The notes beneath the pieces are model-generated. The model made no database searches. It saw only the letters and a list, made by a program, of their open reading frames with translations, and had not been told where the DNA came from. A stretch of 51,702 nucleotides of DNA from Eubacteriales bacterium (GTDB lineage Bacteria; Bacillota; Clostridia; Oscillospirales; CAG-272), in assembly GCA_045536065.1 (NCBI GenBank), contig JAZSMV010000031.1:1-51702 (forward strand). Reading direction: 5' to 3'. Positions 29,450 to 37,392 of the stretch are shown piece after piece (the first letter of the stretch is position 1; every line of letters begins with the position of its first letter). A program made the translations under genes and the position numbers.

Positions 29450-29477
29450 TGTAACCTTTTGATAAAAACGGTGTCTT
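29450..29477 (+). promoter_or_regulatory. Candidate ECF-sigma promoter
   Basis: TGTAAC-N16-TGTCTT, close to the AAC-N16-CGTC ECF pattern. Confidence 0.45.
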
Positions 29478-29511
29478 ATTATATGTAAGGCTTTTGAAAG
29501 GAGATATATGT

Positions 29512-30507
29512 ATGAAAAAGACCTTTACTTCGCTTGCCATACTTTTGCTTATTGTCATTCTTTGCCTGACCTCTTGCGATATATCCTCGGTTACAAATAT
29601 GCTTGACGTATATAGTGTAACAGTGACAGGCAGCACCGATCATTTAGGTCAGCAGCTTTTACCGTTTTATAAAGCGGGCGATACTGTACAGATAAAGCTG
29701 CATAATATCACCTGCGCAGGACTATACGTTTATCTTGACAACGGTACACTATCATATGTCGGTTATGATGACAAGTACACGTATTATGAGTTTGAAATGC
29801 CGAAAAAGGATGTGACGGTACATATTACATTTGATCCCTTTTACGGCAGAGAGAATTATACCTTTGGCGAGCTCATTTATTGGATAGAGTTTATAGATAA
29901 CAGCATCTACAACAAAACAGTCAACGGGGTGAGCTTGACAATCAACGATTATTCCGATGAGACCTCCTTTGTTGAGACCAGATATTCTGTAAAGCAGGTG
30001 GATATTGATAATTTCAAGGCCATATTTGATCAGTCCTTGATCAAGGTGGACTATGAGGAGGTAGTCGATACTGATGTATATACCACCTATTCCTTTTACG
30101 AGGACGGAGACGAGTTTTACAGAGGGGCGCTGGGCGATCTGAACTTCAGAGATGATTTCTTCAGCCATCTGTATAACGAAACCTCCTCTCCGCAGCCATT
30201 CAGATTTGAAGATCCCGATTTTGTTTTACCTACTATCGAGGATCCCGATTACGTGACCTATTCCTTCAGAAGAGAAAACGGAATTATTTACATCAAGAAA
30301 TACGACGATGAGTCCTATTCTGCAAGATATGACTATATGTCGTTTGTAGCATTTATTCCGTATGATAGGGAAGTCCCTGATGTGACCCCCGTGTTTTACA
30401 TTGACAGTAAATGCGGTAGGATCAATCTGATAAACGAAACTATTTTCGAATTGAATGGGGAATATTACGAGGTGATCTCTGGCTCCTGGGCATATAACTA
30501 CGTTTAA
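29512..30507 (+). CDS. Hypothetical lipoprotein with InlB B-repeat-like domain
   Basis: Lipobox LTSC; KAGDTV..FEMPKKDVTV domain; AAGGAG RBS. Confidence 0.8.
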   Translation: MKKTFTSLAILLLIVILCLTSCDISSVTNMLDVYSVTVTGSTDHLGQQLLPFYKAGDTVQIKLHNITCAGLYVYLDNGTLSYVGYDDKYTYYEFEMPKKDVTVHITFDPFYGRENYTFGELIYWIEFIDNSIYNKTVNGVSLTINDYSDETSFVETRYSVKQVDIDNFKAIFDQSLIKVDYEEVVDTDVYTTYSFYEDGDEFYRGALGDLNFRDDFFSHLYNETSSPQPFRFEDPDFVLPTIEDPDYVTYSFRRENGIIYIKKYDDESYSARYDYMSFVAFIPYDREVPDVTPVFYIDSKCGRINLINETIFELNGEYYEVISGSWAYNYV

Positions 30508-30520
30508 AGGAGGGAAAGCG

Positions 30521-32386
30521 ATGAAAAAACTTTTAGTCTTTATTTTAACGGCAGTTTTGATGCTATCTTGTCTTACTGCTTGCGATCTGTCTGAAGAGGA
30601 TAAGGGCGTTACGATCAAGGAATATGAAAACTGCGCTGTTTTTACCTTCGATAATCTTCCCGAGAGGGAAACCGCTACCTTCGAGCTTACACGCACAGGT
30701 CTTGGTGAGGGTGCGATCTATTATCATATAAACCTTGAAAGAGGATCTTTAGGCATCAGCTACAAGGATAATGTTATCAGCGTGGCTCAATCACTCGGTC
30801 AATTTACGGCAGATGATGAAATGCCGATAAACGGCTCCGGCGGTTATATAGAAGGTGATAAGATTGAAATTTCCTTCGGAACCTTAAGCCCGGTAAAGGG
30901 CGAGATCATCATTGCCTTTACCGAGGATGCACTGAAGGCGGTTCACGGAAGCCTGAATCATCACGAGCATACTGGCGAATGGATCGAATATAATCAGCAC
31001 ACACATTATTATCAGTACACCTGCGGTTGCACACTTCCTGACAGGGGAAAAGAACCTCATGAAAATTATGATGCAGATATGTTTTGCGATGTTTGTGGAT
31101 TTAATATGTCCGAAATTCCCACTCCCACCAACCACTTCCTTCGCAATCAGGCAGGCTGTGAGTGGCTTAACGACATAACCGCCGAGGATATTGCAGAAAT
31201 CAAGATTATTAGTGAAGCAGTTGGCGTTGCTCCCGGAACTCCTAAAAACATTTTAAGTTCTACCGATGAAAATGTAATAGCAAGGATTTTTGAAGAGTAT
31301 TATTGGCTTGATACAACTCCCATTTCAAAGAGCAACGGAGAAATTGACGGTGGCGGTGCTATCACGGTAAAGTTCATTTTGAAGGACGAAACGGAAAAGG
31401 AGCTTTATATCAACAACGGAAATTATCGTGATCCTGGCGATGACTACTTTGAGCTTCTTTATACTCCAAATTTCAATGATACCGACAGCGTAACAAAGAC
31501 TTACGGATTTGTAACCTACGTAGGAACAGGAACAGTTTATGACGGTAACAATAATTCCGTTTGCGAAATTCCTGTAGATGAGCTGGAATATGTCATTGCA
31601 GGCTACGATTTTTGGATGTTTGACGGCGGTTATGAATACTATGTTATAGACACCGAATTTGGTAAATTGTACTTTGCAAAAGTTGATATTTTTGCATCCG
31701 AAGGCGGTGAACATGAGCTTGTCAGAGTTGACTACTATTTTATGTATGAGTACGATACTGAATTTTATTATAGGCTCGTCAGTAAAAATCTTGATGAATT
31801 GATTGCCGACGCTATGGCTACCGAATATTCCTTAAAAATGAACGATGAAGAATGGCTGTACGAAGATATTAAATCTACTTCTAAAGCAGGGGAAACGGTA
31901 ACTGTAAAGATTGAAAAGGCGCTTGACCTTGGCTATTTGTTCCTTGTAAACGGCAAGGATATTGCTACCTGCATTGACGGTGACGAGCTATATTGGGAGT
32001 TCACCTTTACAATGCCGGCCTGCGACGTTGAGATCGATTTCAAGACCTACGACGGATTTTTACCCGATTGTAATTATGGAGTATTAATTAAAGCTTATTG
32101 GAAGCACGATCTTGATTCTGATTTCGTTTACGTTGAAAATTATTATGGAGAGTTTCCCGGTGGCGCAATCGTAGCAATGATAACATCGGGAGAATATGAC
32201 CAAGCCCTTTGGGAAGAGACGGTTGACAACACAACCATTCGTTATAACAACGGGAATCGCATCATCGTTCTTTACGAAGGAGACTTTTATACGCTTACAG
32301 CTGCGTATGAAAATGGGTATCTTTCCTCAAATGATTTAGAAGTTATCTCTGAGTTACAAAAAGAATTTTATCCATTCCTGTATTAA
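30521..32386 (+). CDS. Hypothetical multidomain lipoprotein
   Basis: Lipobox LTAC; His/Cys motif HEH..HTH..CGC..H..CDVC; KAGETV..FTMPACDVEI domain. Confidence 0.8.
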   Translation: MKKLLVFILTAVLMLSCLTACDLSEEDKGVTIKEYENCAVFTFDNLPERETATFELTRTGLGEGAIYYHINLERGSLGISYKDNVISVAQSLGQFTADDEMPINGSGGYIEGDKIEISFGTLSPVKGEIIIAFTEDALKAVHGSLNHHEHTGEWIEYNQHTHYYQYTCGCTLPDRGKEPHENYDADMFCDVCGFNMSEIPTPTNHFLRNQAGCEWLNDITAEDIAEIKIISEAVGVAPGTPKNILSSTDENVIARIFEEYYWLDTTPISKSNGEIDGGGAITVKFILKDETEKELYINNGNYRDPGDDYFELLYTPNFNDTDSVTKTYGFVTYVGTGTVYDGNNNSVCEIPVDELEYVIAGYDFWMFDGGYEYYVIDTEFGKLYFAKVDIFASEGGEHELVRVDYYFMYEYDTEFYYRLVSKNLDELIADAMATEYSLKMNDEEWLYEDIKSTSKAGETVTVKIEKALDLGYLFLVNGKDIATCIDGDELYWEFTFTMPACDVEIDFKTYDGFLPDCNYGVLIKAYWKHDLDSDFVYVENYYGEFPGGAIVAMITSGEYDQALWEETVDNTTIRYNNGNRIIVLYEGDFYTLTAAYENGYLSSNDLEVISELQKEFYPFLY

Positions 32387-32420
32387 TTGGGAAATAACTA
32401 TTTACTGAAATATCAAATCG

Positions 32421-32448
32421 AGCCCTCGTTTTTTAGACGAGGGCTTTT
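32421..32448 (+). terminator. Intrinsic terminator
   Basis: AGCCCTCGT...ACGAGGGCTTTT. Confidence 0.8.
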
Positions 32449-32474
32449 ATTTACAAATATTTTTATAAATATAA

Positions 32475-32503
32475 TTGACTATCACAAAAATATGTGATAT
32501 AAT
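32475..32503 (+). promoter_or_regulatory. sigmaA promoter of ruvC operon with internal palindrome
   Basis: TTGACT-17-TATAAT with TG extension; TATCACA-N6-TGTGATA at 32480-32499. Confidence 0.75.
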
Positions 32504-32550
32504 AATTTAACATGGATTTTTATGGCCATTTGAAAGAAGGGAGGAATTTT

Positions 32551-33051
32551 ATGCGTATACTTGGCATTGACCCTGGGCTTGCGATAGTCGGTTGGGCTGT
32601 TCTTGACAGCAATAGAGGTCAGCTTCAGCCTGTTGCATTTGGCGCAATTACCACGCCTGCTCATACCAGCATAGAGTCAAGGCTTCTCATAATCAAGAAT
32701 GATCTTGAAACAATAATTGATAAATATTCTCCCGATGAGATGGCGATAGAGGAGCTGTTCTTTAACACCAATATTACGACAGGTATTGCGGTTGCGGAGG
32801 CGAGAGGAGTTATTCTTTGTACCGCTCACGCAAAGGGAGTTAAGATCAGCGAGTACACACCCCTTCAGGTAAAGCAGGCCGTTGTTGGCTACGGCAAGGC
32901 AGAGAAGCACCAGGTTATCGCAATGGTAACCTCGATTTTGAAGCTGAAGAAGCCTCCCAAGCCCGACGATACCGCCGACGCAGTTGCAATAGCGATATGC
33001 CACTCCCAGTGCGCAGGTTCGGCAATAGGAAAGTATTATAACCAGAGGTAA
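32551..33051 (+). CDS. ruvC: Holliday junction resolvase RuvC
   Basis: ILGIDPG, AIEELFF, YTPLQVK, PDDTADA; GGAGG RBS. Confidence 0.97.
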   Translation: MRILGIDPGLAIVGWAVLDSNRGQLQPVAFGAITTPAHTSIESRLLIIKNDLETIIDKYSPDEMAIEELFFNTNITTGIAVAEARGVILCTAHAKGVKISEYTPLQVKQAVVGYGKAEKHQVIAMVTSILKLKKPPKPDDTADAVAIAICHSQCAGSAIGKYYNQR

Positions 33052-33056
33052 ATGAT

Positions 33057-33923
33057 ATGTGGTTAGCAGATAATTGGAAAGACTATACTGTAATAGACAC
33101 ATCCTCGGGCGAAAAGCTTGAGAGATGGGGAAAATATACTCTTATAAGACCCGACCCCCAGGTGATATGGAAGACGGAAAAGAAAAATCCTCTCTGGCGC
33201 ACCGCTGACGCAAGCTATAAGCGTTCAAGATCGGGCGGTGGAGCCTGGAGCGATAATAAACTGCCTGAAAGCTGGATAATATCATACCGTGACCTTTCGT
33301 TCCGCATTAAGCCTATGGGCTTTAAGCATACAGGACTGTTTCCCGAGCAGGCGGCAAACTGGGATTGGTTTGGCGATCTTATAAAGAACGCAGGCAGACC
33401 TATCAAGGTGCTTAACCTCTTTGCCTATACCGGCGGAGCGACCGTTGCGGCGGCCAAGGCGGGTGCACAGGTGGTTCACGTGGACGCAGCAAAGGGAATG
33501 GTTGCGGCGGCGAAGGAGAACGCGAAGCTCTCCGGTCTTGAAAGCGCTCCTATCCGTTATATTGTTGACGATTGCAAGAAGTTTATTGAGCGTGAGATCC
33601 GCCGTGGCAATAAGTATGACGGTATCATTATGGACCCTCCCTCCTATGGCAGAGGACCTACCGGCGAGGTGTGGAAGATAGAGGAAAATATTGACGAGTT
33701 TGTAGCTCTCGCAGCTAATCTTCTCTCGGACGAGCCTCTTTTCTTCCTGCTTAATTCCTATACCACAGGCCTTTCCGCATCCACTATGAAATACATAACG
33801 TCGGTACGCCTTCTTTCAAAAAGAGGAGGATATTCCGAGGCAGACGAGCTTGGACTTCCCGTTGGCAACTCCGGGCTTGCACTTCCTTGCGGATCAAGCG
33901 TACGTGTAACCTTTAAAAAATAA
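33057..33923 (+). CDS. Class I SAM-dependent methyltransferase (RlmI/RlmK-like)
   Basis: HTGLFPEQ, VLNLFAYTGG, DPPSYG. Confidence 0.9.
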   Translation: MWLADNWKDYTVIDTSSGEKLERWGKYTLIRPDPQVIWKTEKKNPLWRTADASYKRSRSGGGAWSDNKLPESWIISYRDLSFRIKPMGFKHTGLFPEQAANWDWFGDLIKNAGRPIKVLNLFAYTGGATVAAAKAGAQVVHVDAAKGMVAAAKENAKLSGLESAPIRYIVDDCKKFIEREIRRGNKYDGIIMDPPSYGRGPTGEVWKIEENIDEFVALAANLLSDEPLFFLLNSYTTGLSASTMKYITSVRLLSKRGGYSEADELGLPVGNSGLALPCGSSVRVTFKK

Positions 33924-33937
33924 GACAAGGAAAAATA

Positions 33938-34807
33938 ATGAAGGAATATATTATCAAAACCGAAAATCTCGGCTTTACTTACGATGACGGCAGCGAGGAA
34001 AAAAACGCAGATGAGATTCCCGCTCTTGACGGAGTTAATATTGGAATTGAGCGTGGTGAATACGTTGCAATTCTCGGTCACAACGGTTCGGGCAAGTCTA
34101 CCCTTGCCAAGCTCCTTAATCTGATACTCACACCTACCGTGGGCAAAATATATATCGACGGAACCGATATTACATCCGAGGGCTTTACCGAGGATGACGT
34201 ATTTGACATCCGCCGTAAGATAGGAATGGTCTTTCAGAATCCCGACAACCAGCTTGTAGCTACCGTTGTGGAGGAGGACGTAGCCTTCGGTCCCGAGAAC
34301 CTTGGTCTTCCACGTGAGGAGATCCGCAGACGAGTTAATTCCTCGCTTGCTCTCGTTGGTATGACAGACTATGCACGTCATGCACCTCATAAGCTTTCGG
34401 GCGGTCAGAAGCAGCGTGTTGCTATAGCGGGAATTATCGCTATGAAGCCTCAGGTGATAATCTTTGACGAATCTACCGCAATGCTTGACCCCCTCGGTCG
34501 TCACGAGGTGGTGGACATTATGGAGAAGCTGAATAAAGAGGAGGGAATTACCGTCCTCAATATCACTCACTATATGGAGGAGGCGGCGAGAGCAGACCGT
34601 GTTATCGTTATCAACGACGGTCGCATTGCCCTTGACGGTACTCCCAGAGAGGTTTTTGCCAAGGTCGATAAGCTTCGTTCGATGGGGCTTGAGGCTCCGC
34701 AGGGCAACGAGCTTATTCTTGCGCTTGAAAAGGCGGGACTTAAGATCGACGGCGATTCTCTCACCGAGGATGAATGTATAGAAACACTTTACAGATTTCT
34801 TTCGTAA
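33938..34807 (+). CDS. ecfA1: ECF transporter ATPase A
   Basis: GHNGSGKST, FQNPDNQ, LSGGQKQR, DESTAMLDP. Confidence 0.95.
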   Translation: MKEYIIKTENLGFTYDDGSEEKNADEIPALDGVNIGIERGEYVAILGHNGSGKSTLAKLLNLILTPTVGKIYIDGTDITSEGFTEDDVFDIRRKIGMVFQNPDNQLVATVVEEDVAFGPENLGLPREEIRRRVNSSLALVGMTDYARHAPHKLSGGQKQRVAIAGIIAMKPQVIIFDESTAMLDPLGRHEVVDIMEKLNKEEGITVLNITHYMEEAARADRVIVINDGRIALDGTPREVFAKVDKLRSMGLEAPQGNELILALEKAGLKIDGDSLTEDECIETLYRFLS

Positions 34808-34825
34808 GACAAGGAAAAGATAAAA

Positions 34826-35695
34826 ATGAATGAAATTCTTAAAATAGAAAACCTTTCCTATGTCTACGGAAAGGGAACGCCCTTTGAGAAGGTTGCACTT
34901 GATAACGTCAGCGTATCCTTTGAAAAGGGAAAAATAACAGGACTTATCGGTCACACAGGCTCGGGCAAGTCCACTCTCGTTAACCTGCTTAACGGCCTTT
35001 ATAAGCCCACAGAGGGCAAGGTGTATCTGGACGGCAAGGATATATGGGAAAAGCCTAAGGAAATAGCTAAGATCCGCTTTAAGGTAGGTCTTGTAATGCA
35101 GTATCCCGAATATCAGCTCTTTGACGAAACCGTCAGAGCCGACATTGGCTTCGGTCCTCGCAATCTTGGTCTTTCGGATAGCGAGATAGAGGAGCGTGTG
35201 ATTGAGGCCGCTCGCTTTGCAGGTGTTGGCGACGATCTGCTTGACAAATCTCCCTTCGAGCTGTCGGGCGGACAGAAGCGCCGTGTTGCTATTGCGGGTA
35301 TTATTGCTATGCGTCCCGACGTGCTGGTTCTCGACGAGCCTGCTGCAGGTCTTGACCCCCGTGGCAGACGTGAAATTCTCGGCAGCCTTCGTGCCTATGC
35401 CGAGCGAATGAACGCATCGGTAATTCTCGTAAGTCACTCTATGGAGGATATGGCGCATTACTGCGATAATGTGGTTGTAATGAATTCTGCCAAGGTTTAT
35501 CGTACGGGAACTGTAAAAGAGATATTTTCGGAGGCTGATGCGCTCATATCCGTTGGACTTGACGTTCCTATGATCTCACGTGTTGCAGGCGAGCTTATCA
35601 AGAGAGGAATCAACCTCTCGGGCGAGCTTTACACCGTCGAGGGTGTTAAGGCTGCTATACTTGAATACGTAAAGGCAAAGGAGGGCGGAAGATGA
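34826..35695 (+). CDS. ecfA2: ECF transporter ATPase A'
   Basis: GHTGSGKST, QYPEYQLF, SPFELSGGQKRR. Confidence 0.95.
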   Translation: MNEILKIENLSYVYGKGTPFEKVALDNVSVSFEKGKITGLIGHTGSGKSTLVNLLNGLYKPTEGKVYLDGKDIWEKPKEIAKIRFKVGLVMQYPEYQLFDETVRADIGFGPRNLGLSDSEIEERVIEAARFAGVGDDLLDKSPFELSGGQKRRVAIAGIIAMRPDVLVLDEPAAGLDPRGRREILGSLRAYAERMNASVILVSHSMEDMAHYCDNVVVMNSAKVYRTGTVKEIFSEADALISVGLDVPMISRVAGELIKRGINLSGELYTVEGVKAAILEYVKAKEGGR

Positions 35696-36555
35696 TTTCT
35701 GATATTACCCTCGGCCAATTTTTCCCGGGATACTCACCTATACACAAGCTTGATCCCAGGACTAAAATTATTCTTGCAACTCTCTTTATTGTTGCTGTTT
35801 TTGTTGCGGCAAATCCTCTGAGCTTCCTTATATTGACCGTTGTCACGGTTATACTTATAGCTATCAGCCGCATTTCCTTTAAGATTATTCTTAAGAGCAT
35901 TAAGCCTATCGTATTTATTATTCTTTTCACCGCAATCATAAATATCTTTATGACCAAGGGTGAGGGCGAGCCGCTGGTTGGACCTTATTGGGGTATTGAA
36001 ATTTATACCGAAGGCATAGCAAGAGCGGTTATGATGGGACTTCGTGTTATTATCCTCATCGTAGGCACCAGTATTCTCCTGACCTATACCACGTCTCCTA
36101 TATCATTGACGGACGGACTTGAGTCACTGCTTTCGCCTCTTAAGGTTATCCACCTGCCGGTGCATACCTTTGCAATGATGATGTCTATTGCGCTTCGTTT
36201 TATTCCCACTCTTATTGAGGAGACCGAGAAGATTATGAATGCGCAGAAATCCCGTGGCGCAGATTTTACCTCGGGAGGTCTTATTCAGAGGGCAAAGGCG
36301 CTTATTCCTCTACTCGTTCCGCTCTTCGTTTCCTCTTTTAAGCGTGCTGAGGAGCTGGCAACGGCGATGGAATGTCGATGCTATCGTGGTGACAAGAACA
36401 GAACCAAACTGGTAAAGCTTCAGTACCGTGCCGGTGATTTCGTATTTATGGGTATATTCCTTGTGCTTCTCGGCGGCCTTATCTGCCTTACGGTCCTGCC
36501 GTATAGATTTGAGTCCTTCGGACTTGCGTACGATATTCTTTTCTATAAGGTATAA
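35692..36555 (+). CDS. ecfT: ECF transporter transmembrane component T
   Basis: LDPRTK, ALRFIP, AQKSRG, AMECRCY. Confidence 0.95.
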   Translation: MISDITLGQFFPGYSPIHKLDPRTKIILATLFIVAVFVAANPLSFLILTVVTVILIAISRISFKIILKSIKPIVFIILFTAIINIFMTKGEGEPLVGPYWGIEIYTEGIARAVMMGLRVIILIVGTSILLTYTTSPISLTDGLESLLSPLKVIHLPVHTFAMMMSIALRFIPTLIEETEKIMNAQKSRGADFTSGGLIQRAKALIPLLVPLFVSSFKRAEELATAMECRCYRGDKNRTKLVKLQYRAGDFVFMGIFLVLLGGLICLTVLPYRFESFGLAYDILFYKV

Positions 36556-36563
36556 GGTGGCGT

Positions 36564-37307
36564 ATGAAGTATTTTGCAAAGATAAAGTATCTTGGTACTG
36601 CATTTCATGGCTTTCAGGTACAGCCCGGACTTCGTACAGTACAGGGCGAGCTTAATCAGGCCCTGAATCAGGCCTTCGGTCTGCCATGCAAGGTTACAGG
36701 CTGTAGCCGTACTGATGCAGGTGTTCACGCAAACGAGTTCTGCCTTACGGTTGAGTGCGAGGGTGGTACTATCCCTGCTGACAAGCTTCCTATTGCCGTG
36801 GCACGTTACTTGCCCGAGGATCTGTCACTATTCTATGCCTGTGAGTGTGATAGCGATTTTCACCCGAGATACGACGTTAAGGAAAAGGAATATCTTTACC
36901 GCATAATCAACAGACCGATTTACGATCCCTTTGAGTATGGCAGAGCCTGGTTTCTTTCAAGGCCTGTAAGCGACAGGGGACTTGAGCTTATGCGTGAGGC
37001 GGCGGCTTATTTCATCGGCAGATATGACTTCTCAACCTTTATGTCCGAGAGCTCGGATGTTGAGGATACCGTTCGCTGTGTGACAGCACTTTCTGTTGAG
37101 AGAGCGGGTGATCTTATTGAGATACGCATTTCGGCAGACGGCTTTTTATACAATATGGTGCGCATTATAGTCGGAACACTTACCGAGGTTGCATTTGGCA
37201 GAATAGAGCCCAGTGATATTCCCGAAATAATCGCATCCTGCGATCGTTCACGTGCAGGAATGACTGCTCCTGCTGACGGTCTGTTTTTAAACAAGGTTAT
37301 CTATTGA
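36564..37307 (+). CDS. truA: tRNA pseudouridine(38-40) synthase
   Basis: GFQVQ, RTDAGVHA, GFLYNMVR, TAPADGL. Confidence 0.96.
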   Translation: MKYFAKIKYLGTAFHGFQVQPGLRTVQGELNQALNQAFGLPCKVTGCSRTDAGVHANEFCLTVECEGGTIPADKLPIAVARYLPEDLSLFYACECDSDFHPRYDVKEKEYLYRIINRPIYDPFEYGRAWFLSRPVSDRGLELMREAAAYFIGRYDFSTFMSESSDVEDTVRCVTALSVERAGDLIEIRISADGFLYNMVRIIVGTLTEVAFGRIEPSDIPEIIASCDRSRAGMTAPADGLFLNKVIY

Positions 37308-37345
37308 TTTCCTCTGTTTCCACAAAAATAACAAAATAAACTTAT

Positions 37346-37392
37346 GCTCCCTGTGACAAGATTTTAAAAAAGTCATAGGGAGCTTTTGTTTT
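37346..37392 (+). terminator. Terminator-like hairpin overlapping the RBS of the next gene
   Basis: GCTCCCTGTGAC/GTCATAGGGAGC 12-bp stem followed by TTTTGTTTT. Confidence 0.65.

Noticed and set aside
33758-35458. 566-aa ORF antisense to ecfA1/ecfA2 (likewise 18430-19518, 13742-14932, 10603-11562)
   Set aside because: Antisense shadows of conserved genes, with no protein-like motifs.
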